Of a DNA stretch of 64,000 bases, positions 51,933 to 64,000 are shown in pieces; the first letter of the stretch is position 1, and every line of letters begins with the position of its first letter. The translations under genes were made by a program, and so were the position numbers. A model generated the notes under the pieces. It saw nothing but the letters and a program-made list of their open reading frames with translations, did not search any database and had not been told where the DNA came from. Where the stretch lies: NCBI GenBank assembly GCA_023213395.1, contig CM041465.1, positions 133,803,741 to 133,867,740 on the forward strand, given 5' to 3'. This stretch comes from Cycas panzhihuaensis (lineage: Eukaryota; Plantae; Cycadophyta).

Positions 51933-54900
51933 GTAATCAACCATAAATAGTTACACTCTATATGCTTATTCATTCATATATTTATATTACTCTAGTTGAG
52001 AAAAAGAAAGATTGACTAATAAAGATAAAATTTTAAGGGGCTAGTTAATTCTACCTATAATCTTATATGTTTTACCTTCGTGCTCTTTCCTTGTATACTT
52101 TAATTTTTAACATGATATTAAAGCTCAAGGTTTGTAGTTGATATTGTTGCATCAAACCTAAGGTTAATGATTAAAGTCTATCCTATATGTATATTTATAC
52201 AAAGATGTTTTAGGAGTCTAAAGCTTAAAGACATTCATTACAAGCATGTCTTTTGAATAACATTAAAAACATAGATATATGTAAATAAAAATTACCATTG
52301 CATCCATTTCAAAATAAAGAGAATACAATGGTTAAAGGTATACAAACCTTGTAATAATTTTTTATAAAATATTTTTTATATTTTAAAAATAAGAGAAATA
52401 CCTATAAAGGGGCTATGGAACATGTCAAAAGGTCAACATAATAAAATTGTTACAGCTTTAGTTCATGCATAAGACCTAGGGTGCAACAACCTAACGAGGG
52501 CAAATAAATCCTATATTACTGACTCAAGCATTTGTGTGCTTCTTGAGAACAATTATAAAGGGATCTACATGAATGATCTAGGAAGCTAAACTAAGGGTAA
52601 ATGATGTGTGTGCATGTATATTAGGGTTGGTATATGGTGGTGTTGTAATAAATCATTATTGTTCCTCTTACTAAAGCCTAGTGCATACTAAGGGGAAAAC
52701 ACCACATACACCTAATAGAAACTATATGCTTTCTTTTCTTTTGAATGAAAATAATTATTATCCTATTCCTAATTTTCATTATATGTCCCCTTATGGATTT
52801 GGGATTTATAATAATATGATCCCTCTTCTTGTCTTAGGTTTGTACTAAAATAGTATACACCTAATTCAATCCCTTACTCTTACCATGAATGTAATGCACA
52901 TGTAAAATGATGACAATAAGAAAGTAAAAATGTTTCTTCTCTCTTTCTTTCTTTTTGGGAAAATAAATAAAAAGGGATAAAGGGGGATAGAGAGGGGTTG
53001 AATAAACTAGTCTACTTCTCTTTTCTACCCTTTCCTTCTATGCAAAGTCAATACGATCCTTTTTCTTTTCTTTTACTTTTTTCTTTCTCTTGTTCTTTCC
53101 TACATCCCCCTCCCCTCCATCCTAGTTTTTTTTTTTTTTCCCTTTTTTTAACAGAGAAGATAACAATAAATTAAATCCCAAGAAGATATACCTCATAGTA
53201 TGGTGGTTGTAGTAGCTTGTATCTCCTCCTAACATCTCAAGGATGCCTCCAATAGAGTGAAGAAAGAAACAAGCATCCTACTAATTAATTCTAAATAAAT
53301 TTTGACAACATTCAGCTTGTCAGATGTGTTATGATGAGAAAAAAGAGTATGATAAAACGATGAAAAATAAAAGAAAGGATGAAAATAAGGTGTTGACCTT
53401 ACCTCCTTAAAATGATGGTTGAAATGTAAAATTATTAGGGATTACTTGGAGAATAATATATTGTTTGATGATCTTACAAGTTGTTCTCCCTTCCTACACA
53501 TAAGTTAGTAGCCTACATGAGAAGTTCTCATATGAGAAATCTAACACTACATGTATATATATCTCCCCAACAATAATAAGTAAATTCCTTCAAAATCTAA
53601 GATGCTACTTCTAAGCTATAAAATAAGATAAATAGGATTGGTAGAGGTGCCTTAGAATGACTACCATTCCCCAATATAATAAGGGCTTCCTAAGTGTACT
53701 TAGGTGTTGTCCTATATTTTATAACTTTTTGAAATAATGGATGAAACAACAAATAGGGAAAAAGTGGAAACATTAACCTATTGAACTAATGGAGATTATG
53801 GAGCATAAAGAAAATTTACTAGCATATCCTACCATTCTATCACATACGTATGGTATGAAGATGGAAACAAATGGAGTAGAAAGAAATAACCAAAACAAAA
53901 AAGAAAGTGAATTAGCTATACCTCTAAGAGAATGGATGTCCAATGGATACTATTGTTCTTCTTCTTTAAGGACCTCTAAGTTGTATTTGATGTTATACTT
54001 TTAATCTCTAAATGGATGCTAGTAGAATAGACTAAGTTGATAATATCTAGAGGAATTTTAGTAGCATGATGACAGGGTCATATGAAATCAAATTCTCTTC
54101 CCTTTCTGATGGAAAAATGAGGGGGTTAAATAGAAAAACTCAAGGTGAGGGGTTAGTGGTTTTTTATCCATAATGTGGGGGAAACTATCAACCCAAAACC
54201 ATGATTTTTTCTCATGCTTTAAGGAAATTGACTTAGGAAGAGCAAGATTTGTGAAGGATTTGGGCCTCTTATACCTCCCAAATCTAATAGGGGTTGATCT
54301 GGGGTTGATGTAGTCTACTGACATTTAATATTTAGTCATTAATAAGTTGACTATAAAAAAAATCCTAAATCTAGGTTGGTAACAATCATACTATGAAAAT
54401 ATTCACAGAACTATAAACATGTTTATGATACCATGGAGTACTTCTTAGTACTATTATTATAGACAAAAATCAAAATGCTATGGTAATAGTTCAGATTTTT
54501 GCATAAGATAAGTATGCAATCAGGCTAAAAACTCACTAATGACATATCTTAAAGGTAGATATAATCAATAATAAGTGGCAAAAAAGAAAAAATAAAACTT
54601 TATGGGTTATAATAAAATGAAAATAGAATAGAAATAAAGTTATAACTAGGGTGATGACATTGTTTCTAGCCCAAAGAGCTTGATGATTGGACTAAACAAC
54701 CATGGACCAAAGTATTACTCATTATTAGTAGAAAGGGGGCACATGTAAACAACTAAATAAGCTAGCTAAGCATACATCAACTGTCTAAAATTAAATATAG
54801 ACCAACAAGGTGTGAAAAGAGTTGAGAAGCATACTTGTGCTTACCTATTTACTACCATATCCAAACCCATTCCTAGAAGTTAGGAAATATACTATTAAAA

Positions 54901-55159
54901 AAAAAAATCATTAGAATCCTATATAAAGACTAGAAATACCCACTATGAGGGCTACCTTTTGAAGTAAAAAAAAAAGTAAAAAACTAACATAATCTACTAG
55001 AGAAATGACTAACTTAGGATGTGATTCTATTAAGAGTTGTTTCTTATATAATATTTTTTAGTAAAGATCACTAATTTTGAAGAATTAATAAATAAGAAAA
55101 AAATCTACAAAATTGGGATAAATCTCCACAAGTAAATCTATAAACTCTACTAATTTACT

Positions 55160-58100
55160 TGTTGGATATAATATCCAATTACATTTTATGTTATCCCCAA
55201 CCTATTTCATACTTTTCATGTATTATTTGAATGTTATATTATGGTCACCTGAATAGGCATGCCATTTAGGAAATGTGCCAACTCATAAAGGTTGACCTAG
55301 AGAGTTATTATATGAGTTAATAGATTTTATAAGTATGCATATAATTCTTTGATTAATTTAAAGTTTTGCTATTTTTTCACCACTTTATTACACATATTAT
55401 TTGTATATATTTTTTTTATTGAATATTCTTATCAATCTTTCACTCACCTCATCATCCATTTCTTATATTTTATTGGATCCATTCATACAATTTATTATGT
55501 TTGCACCAGTCTACAAATATATTGGTATTAGAGCATCATCTTCAAATCCAACATTATGGTATCAAAGGCCATGGTTTATTCCTTGGGTAGGACAAACCTT
55601 TTAGAGCATATTTTCTGCTATCGTTTAGAGCCATTATTTCATGGATTTGATGTCCTTTTAGAACCCTTATAGTGCCTATTTTGACCTATCATTATGACCT
55701 TTTCTTGAAGACTTTTTTGGTTTATATTAAAAATTTTTAGGGTTATTTTTCAATAATGTAGATGTATATTTAAGAGCTAACTTACTATTATATTTTTCAT
55801 ACATTTTAGAGTTGATTTATTATTATTTTTTAAAGATTATTTGGAGCTAATTTTCAAGATTTGGAAATGCATTTGGGGGTTGTTATTTTACAACTTTTAA
55901 AGTCATTTTTCAGAGCATTTTTTGAAACTTCAAGAAGAGGTTTTTCATGGTATAAAGATACATAATTTTGTCTCAAAACAATAATATTTAGGGACTTATT
56001 TTATTAAGCATGCAATCCCTAAAATTATAATGCATGTAAGTCCTTACTGATCATCATAAAAATGTGGCTTTGAAGCTATTTTTATGGAGGAAAAATGGAA
56101 GTAGATATACCACCAATACAAGTTTGATCACCCTATAGATGTGGAATATTTGCTGCTTAAAAATAAAAAAAATTATGTACAAAAAATGAGATTGGAATGG
56201 CTATTTAATACCTCATTTTAGAGGATATTATGAGTGTCCTATGATAGTGATTCATTGCCAAAATGAAGACATAAAAAAAACCATTAGAATAATAAAAAAA
56301 AATGCTACCAAAATGAAGTTGTAATAGTTATTTCTTGAGAAAAGGTCCTCCATTCTATAAAAGGCCTTGGATGCCTTATTTTGTTCTTTAAAAATCTATT
56401 GTCCAGTGAAGAAAAATTATATTGTAGGGTTTGATGTGCCTTTCTACCACCCTGTTTTATCAAATGAAGTGCAAGGGTTATTTTGGTGGCATTATACTAT
56501 ATGAAACATATTAGAAGCATTAATATGATTTTTATCAACACCGTCGAAGTTATTATAACCTATATTTTGTAATAGACTAGTAGGTTCCCATATATTTTAG
56601 ACTTTTAGAAGCATACATATTAATGCTTTTAATATGTTTTATATAATAAAAAATCAATGAAGAAGTGGTAGGAGATACCTAATATTTTCATAAATTTAGG
56701 CATGATCTATGCCTTGGGATTTTTTTCTTTCTATAAAATTTTGTTAGCAGAAGACACCATGTGAGAGAGGAAGGTCATTGAATGGGATGTATATAATAAG
56801 TCATTGAAGGAGGTAGATAGAAACCCTTGGATCCCTATAAAGGGTGGAAAACTAAACACTTGGAGCCCTATAAAGGGAAAAATGATGGCTGAGAGCATAC
56901 AAAGTAATGTAATAACAATTATAGCTCCTTCTTATGTAGTTGCAGAGAATACATCATACACTTAGTAATAAATAAGATACAAAGTATGGCATAGAGGTTG
57001 AATGATAAACTTTATCAATTTTTATTAGAGGAAATGGTTTGCTACACCACCACATGAGAAGATTATGTAAATGAGGATGCAAAGAAAGTAAATTATGCAT
57101 GCCTATGATTATTTAGCAGACATGACATTTTAGCTAGAATTTACAGAGATCAGGGCCATTATTTACTAAAGCCACCTTGTAATAATGAATGAACCCTAGC
57201 ATTTTCTTAGCAGATGTTAAAAGTCTAAAAAATTTATAAGTAAAAAAATAAATTAAATTAATTTTAAAAGTCCACTAGCCCCCCTTATAGATAAATCCTA
57301 GTCATATAACAATCCCACATGACCTTCAACCCCAAAATAAAAGAGGCTTAACATTAAGTTTTAATGCCCTCTTCACTTTTTAGGGAGATGCCTTCAATTT
57401 TTGGGCCATAACTTGAGCTTCGAGAATTGAATTATAGATCTAAAAGTTGTTTTGGGAAGTTAACTCAACCCTCTTTAAAAAGCAAGCCACATGAAGTAGT
57501 TTGAAAATATTTATCCTTTTTAAAGGTTTTAAAATCACTGTATAGTTATTTTATTGATGCTAGTACCTCTAGATGGGGAAGGAATGCTAAATATTATGAC
57601 ATAAGCTCTTCTATAGGCTCTAGAAAACCCTATTTCTTAGTAAAATTAATAAAATTTTATCATTAGAGAGTCATTTAATGTATTTGTTGAAGTTGCGTAT
57701 GTTTAAGTTATTTTTTATCATATTTTAGACATTTTATGTCATTGCTAAGATGTAATTTTGAACTTTATATACTTTTAGAGGCACTTATGAGGCTATAGAG
57801 CTCATGTATAAGGCTAAAAAGGCCCTTCTATCATGTATTTATAGCCATAATTATTTATGTGTAGTATTTCTAGCTAATAGTTGTCGAAGAAGTTACTCTT
57901 AAGTCTTATTTAGTAAGAGGTCAGACATATCTTTTCTACAACTCTTACATTGATTTTCATCTCACTTTCTTAACCATGTAGGATGATATATTTTTTGAGT
58001 GATGTTGACTTGATACTAATAGAACCACATACATGAAAGAGTGACCTATAAAACTCATAGAAGAAGTGACCTATAGAACTCATGGTCATAGCAGCTGGTT

Positions 58101-58251
58101 ACCCATGATGTTTGGTAGATGAAGCTTCCTTCATATGAATGTCAATAATATTTTATATTATTTGAAATGACTAAATCTAAAAAAGATTTAAAGACTAATT
58201 TGTATTATTGATATGACATTTAATACTATGTAATTATATTATGGGAGGGAA
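55160..58251 (+). mobile_element. X3: third copy of the non-coding X family (5' LTR ~55160-55553, PBS, interior, PPT)
   Basis: TGTTGG start; PBS-like motifs 55523 and 55557; interior blocks 57260-57325, 57440-57480, 57660-57920 and 58030-58140 match X1/X2; PPT gggagggaa 58243-58251. Confidence 0.7.
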
Positions 58252-60791
58252 TGTTAGATTGAAATATAATGCATATTTATCATATCAAATTTAATTAGCT
58301 AAGTAAAAGATCATGTATAATTGGTCAATATAAAGGACAAATACTATCAGATGTAAGTGAGGCAAATAATCCTACAAATGCCCACAACATGACTATATAT
58401 ACATATACTAGGTGAGATGCATTATGAATGATTATCAAATATTATAATGGAAATATTATGATGTTATTATATCATTCTTGGGTAATGATATCTTATGGCT
58501 AATTTTCTAATATGGTATCAAAGCATTGATGGAGATGAGAAGTTAAAACAAGAAGACATAATGAGATGTTGTTTGACTAAAGAATGCTAGTCGCTATTAA
58601 ATAACTTTAAGCCTATTCCATAAGTAAAAAATCTATTTGTTTGATTAGTTTATCTATTCCATGATATACTATTGATGCTTGAAGTCAGTCATTAAAGGTT
58701 CGTTAGCCTACTAAGTGGAGAAAGCCTGCTAAAATCTTATCAAATATTTGCTTGATTATCTAACACACTTTATTGTTTATGAAAATGGTAAAACCTATTT
58801 CACTTTATTAGATGCCATTCCGTATGTACACTTAAGGAACCAAAAAGAATTGTTTGTCATCATTTAAGTTTGTTTGAGCTTGTTTCATCATGTTCAATTT
58901 TATTCTTATATATTTTGCTCTATTTGACCTCTATTCCTCATTTTTTCTAGTGATTGCCTTGCATTTATTTACGAGTCCTCTATTTATGAGTGTGAAGCTA
59001 TAGTGTGTTGTCCTTTTATTAGTGTTAAACCATCATGTGGCTATTTATATTAAGTTGTGACCATTCCATGAGCTACCTTGCTTAGCCATTGACCTACCTT
59101 CATTGTGCTATTATGTGCATGAATAAATTATGAAGAGCCATTGCTTACTTACATGACTGTAATATGAGCTTGTCCTCCTCCACTTAATCAACTCCTTATT
59201 GATTAAAGTTGCCATCAATTAATGACCTCTACATATCAATTGATTATTAAAGAATTATTCCTCCTTTGCATGAGGTAAGCCATTAGCCATAGGCATTGAA
59301 GCTAACCCTATGCCTCTTTTGAAGCAAGACTTACTCTCTATAAAACAACCCTATGCTAACCTATGCCTCCTATGAAGCAATGGTCCATCCTTCTCCTCTT
59401 ATGAATTACCTATCAATGAAGCTACCACTATAAAGTATGAAAACCAAACTTGTGATATAAGTAATCAATAATTTCTACTATTATTTTAATCACTTAAGAA
59501 GTTATCAATTGGATTTACAATTATTTATTACCTTATTCAACAATATGTAGATGTTAAATTTTGACATTGGGAATATAATTTTTTTCAAAGGATTTTCTTA
59601 GTTACGTTGGATTAGGTTCTCATTTGGAGTCTATAGAGCCTACTTATCGTTAGCAAGTGGTTACATGTAGCAGCATAGGGGACCAGGGACTAAATAACAA
59701 AATAGGTTAAAGCCTTAAAAATCATGTTTTTATCACTTTTGAGATACTTGCATATTTTTTATTGTAACTTCTTAGCCAAGAGTTTGATTTGTAAACCATA
59801 TAAATTGTTGGAATCCTTATTTAGAGTTGGTTAATTTGACATATAATTTGTAGCATTTTAGAGTTATTTTCCTTGTGAAAATTTTAGTTGAAATTGATAT
59901 TTTATTTTGGAACCCCGCATAGTAACCAATAAAGTAAATTTTTTATGAACATTTGATGATTATCTCTATGTATGATTGATAAATATTTCATGAATATTAA
60001 AGCTTAATTTTTCCCTATGGAAGTTTATTTTAAACCCTAGTGGTGGTCTAATTAAGCTCATTAATAAAGTTTTTAAAGAGGGGAAAAACGTGGTCCTAAT
60101 TAAAGAGACAAGTGATAAATATCCTAATTTTGAAGGGATATATGTGTTTCATTGTGCTTGCTCATATTATTTCTTAGTCTACTTATGATTGATTTGTATT
60201 TATAGTGGTGATTTATAAATCTTAGTTTTTGATATACATTTATAATGTCTTTCTCTACTCTAAATTTATTGATCATTCCTAAATTTGATGGAATAAATTA
60301 ATTTTTGTGGTTAAGAAGAATTAAACCTACTTTATATGCTAGAGAATTGTGGAAGATTATTTCTAAATGATTTATAGTTCCTATTCCCATTTCTCTTAAA
60401 ACTTAGTTAACTCTTAATGAAGAGAGAATTTAAATCGAACTTGAGAGGAAATATAGTGAATCACTTTCCTTCATTTTTTTTGCTATTGATGATATATGTT
60501 TTCTTGTATTTATATTCTTATAACTTCACATGATGCATGGAGTACTTCAAAATTTTTATTTAAAGGAGGAGCTAATACCAAAATTCAAAACTTAAGAAGA
60601 AATTTTAAGAATCTTAAGATGTCTTCTTCTAAATCTATCAATACTTTTATTGTTAGAGTTTAGGATGTTATTAATGACACAAATAGAATTCATCTAATAC
60701 TTGAAAAACACACATTAGGATTTTTATTCTCTATATCCAACAAATATAAACTTATCAAATATATTATTAACACATTCATATGAATATAATA
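58252..60791 (+). mobile_element. Ty1/copia element F: 5' LTR 58252-58512, PBS, long leader, gag; interrupted by G
   Basis: TGTTAG...CTAATA then tggtatcaaagc 58513-58524; gag KFDGIN*FLW...ELWKII (~60280-60360) and KIQNLRRNFKNLKM..SINTFIVRV (~60580-60680). Confidence 0.7.
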
Positions 60792-63700
60792 TGTTGAAGG
60801 AGGATTAGAAATTAACTCTAACCCAAAATAATAATAGATCAAATTAGTCGATGATTGATATAGAAGTTTGGAAAAGTTTTGATTCTCATCAAATATTCAA
60901 CATGTGCTTATTAATGAACATAGACATGGCCTTAGTATATAAAGGGTTTAATATCTATCATATTACAAATGATGAATGTGGATTAGACCTCACATGCTCA
61001 TACTTTATTGGGCCTTATGTTACATACATCTCATTAGATAGTTATGAGGTTAAAGTAGGGTGATGACCTTCAACTAAAATATACAATATTAAATCATAAC
61101 TTAAATTGTAATTATACTTTATCTAAGTAAAGTAACTAACTTTATACAAGAGTACATGAATATGTCATTATATTTTAACATTCTCCCTTAATGACACCTT
61201 CATTAATCTTAATGTCGAGGCTATGCCGAAACCTTTCAAACATTAGTTTACTAAGTACTTTGGTGAATATATCTACAACTTAATCCTTAGTTAGTCTATA
61301 TATAAAATTAAAATTTCCATTATGTACATGTTCATGGATGAAATGATAATGGACCTCTTTGTGATTTGTACATGTATAAAAAATAGGGTTCTTATTCATC
61401 TTTAATACACTTTGATTATAACAATATATATGAGTTACTTGAGTTTGTTTAAGACCAAGTTTAGTAAGAATCTTTCATAATTATATTCACTTAATAGTTG
61501 CATAAACAACTACTTTATGTTCTATTGTAGTAGAGGATAGAATAACATTAGATTGTTTCTTACAACTCCAATAAATAATAGTTGAGTTTAGATCAAAATA
61601 GTAACCTAAAATAGAGTGGCAAGTATCCTAAAAACTAGGCCAATCTGCATCGATGAATCCTTTTAGAACTAGAGTTTTATCTTGGCTATAGTCAAGTCCA
61701 AGCTATTAGGTGTTACAAATACACTGAAGAGTTATGATTGCAACTTTCTAATATAACATCTTAGGTTGAGACATAAACCTTGAATAAATCCCAACTGCAT
61801 ATGATATATCATGGCAAGTATGAGTAAGATAAATCAAGCTCCCAACAAGCTATCTCTTAAGAGTGAGATTGATAGGTTTGCCTTATTCATCCATAATAGA
61901 TTGGTTATAGTCTCTATAGGTATAGACGAAGGTTTGCATTCACTCATTATAAAATTCTATAAGAGCTCATTTATATATTTGGCTCATGACAAGAAAATGT
62001 GACCTAGCTCTTATTAAAATTTAATGCTAAGGAAATAGTGGAGTGATCCAAAGTTAGTCATTTTGAAATTACTTTTGAGATTCTATTAGAGACTAAAATT
62101 CCATTTATTATCATTTCTAATGATCGACAAATTATCAACATAGAGTATAATAATAGTAACTAGATCATTGTGGATCTGAATATATAAATTAAAATAAGAG
62201 GATGAATTATTCAGTCCATGCTTAAGAAAAAAAATACTAATTTTTGTATACCAAGTATGAGGTGCCTACTTGAGTCCATATAAAGCTTTCTTGAGTTTGT
62301 AAACTAAATGTTCTTTTTTAGGAACAATATAGTCAAGAGGTTATTTTAAGTAAACTTCTTTAGAAAGGTCTCTGTTGAGAAAAATCACTCTTATTATCCA
62401 TCTGATAAATAGGCCATTTGAACTAAGCTGCTGGTGACTTAACTAAACAAAAAGTTACCATTTTAATAATAAGTATGGAAGTACCATCATAGTTAATACC
62501 TTCTTATTATTTAAAACCTTTTGGAATAAGGTATGTTTTTTGTCTTTCAATGGAGCTATCAACATAATACTTTATTTTATAAATCCAATGGTAATCAATT
62601 ATCTTCTTTCTTAAAGGTAATTCAATGAGTTCCCAAATATCATTTTTTAGGATGAAATTTATCTCTTCATCTATAACAACCTATTATATTTGGTCTTTGA
62701 CTACCTCTTTAAAGGTGGAAGGCTCAAGAACATTGAGAACTTGTGTTATTAAAGCAAAGTTTGTTATATGCCTATACTTCAATTACCTTTTTCATGTTGT
62801 AGGAGGTGATGATGCATCTACCATAACTTACAAGTACCACTTAGGAAGTTTCTTAATGCCTTCAACTTGATTGCCTTCTTAAGATAGAGGTGGTAATATA
62901 GATGTTATTATAGAAGTAAATGGAGATGCGAGAGGAGTAGATGATAAACTTAGAGTATATGAATTTGAAGGAGTAGAAGGGCCCATAATTAGTATAGGAG
63001 AGAAGGTTTTGAAACATTAACATCATTGTCTATCAAAAACTATATATAAGATTGAGTTAAGTCCTAACTATTTTCTATAATATAACATCTCGAAATGAGT
63101 ATACCTATCTTATAATAGGGTCATACACCTTGTAAGATTTGTAACTAGGTACATAGCCTATGAAGATGCACTTCAAGCTTTTATCATTAAGTTTCCTTTT
63201 GCAACGTATATATATAGGTCATACATTTGAATGTTTAAAGTTGTAAGACTATATGCTTTTATCCTAACTAAGCCTCCTCATGTGTCATATTTCTAACGAC
63301 TAAAGTTAAGCTCATATTCATAAGGTATACAGTAGTAAAAACAACTTTAGCCCAAAATGAGTTAGCAATGCTTGAAATATTTGCCTTTATTTTTACCTTG
63401 TTCACTAATGCTTGATTCATATATTTAGCAACACAATTTTTTTGATGAGTATGAGAAGCTAAGAACTGACATTTAATACCATGTTCTTTAAAGAAATTAG
63501 TAAACTAATTTGATATATATTCACCTCTATTATCTATATATAGTTTCTTGATTATTGTACTATATTCATTTTCAACTTCAACTTTGAATTCACTGAATTT
63601 CTCAAAGGCTTCAAACTTATTCTTTAGACAGTAGACCTAAATTTTTCGAGAATAATCATTAATTAAAGTGATAAAATATAAATTTCTTTTAAGGAAAGGC

Positions 63701-64000
63701 TTAGACATAAGTTCATAAATGTCTGAGTGAACTAAGTTCAATGGTTTAGTTGAATACCAAGCTTTCTTAGATTGAAATGGTTCCTTGTATTGCTTACCAA
63801 CTATGCATGCTTTATAGAAGCATTTATTCTATTTGATTTTAGGTAGCCCATATACCATCTAAAGCTTAAACATGACATTGAGACTCTATATATTTAGATA
63901 ACCAAGTCATTGGTATCATAACTAATCCTTAGTATACTTTTAAGTAAGTTGCTCCTTATTGTGAGAAGATTCACCCTACAATTTAAGAGGTGGGTCATCT
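60792..64000 (-). mobile_element. Ty1/copia element G (3' LTR 60792-61180, PPT, decayed RNase H, RT, integrase); continues beyond window
   Basis: minus-strand LTR TGTTAA...CCTTCAACA; PPT ttaagggagaa 61181-61191; VDIFTK (~61260), ILYVDNL (~62130), CKLKKALYGLK*APHTWY (~62250-62305), ELSSLRH / YFITLI integrase remnants (~63660-63740). Confidence 0.88.

Overview
Plant heterochromatin-type DNA made almost entirely of old, nested, mutationally decayed retrotransposons. I found no intact host gene, RNA gene or CRISPR array. A large-genome land plant (gymnosperm-like) is an inference from the long retention of old two-LTR elements. Reconstructed architecture: (i) a CRM-like Ty3/gypsy (<1-4356) inserted in a deleted copia H (4357-5081), itself inserted in the 5' LTR of a non-coding LTR element X1 (5082-37021); (ii) inside X1, a four-level nest X1 > Tekay/Del-like gypsy A (6832-30849) > Reina-like gypsy B (14849-27490, TSD TTGCA) > copia C (18521-25634, TSD TTATG), plus a second X copy (X2) in A's 3' LTR and a non-coding SIRE-like element D (30988-35749); (iii) a near full-length L1 LINE with RNase H (37322-43644); (iv) a Reina-like gypsy E (44433-51932); (v) a third X copy (X3, 55160-58251), then copia F, interrupted by copia G, which runs off the window. 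The best candidates for undescribed biology are the non-autonomous X family (conserved pre-PPT stem-loop motif, extended tRNA-iMet complementarity, unidentified decayed ORF) and a ~120-bp quasi-palindromic module recurring in unrelated elements. All identities and alignments are by eye.
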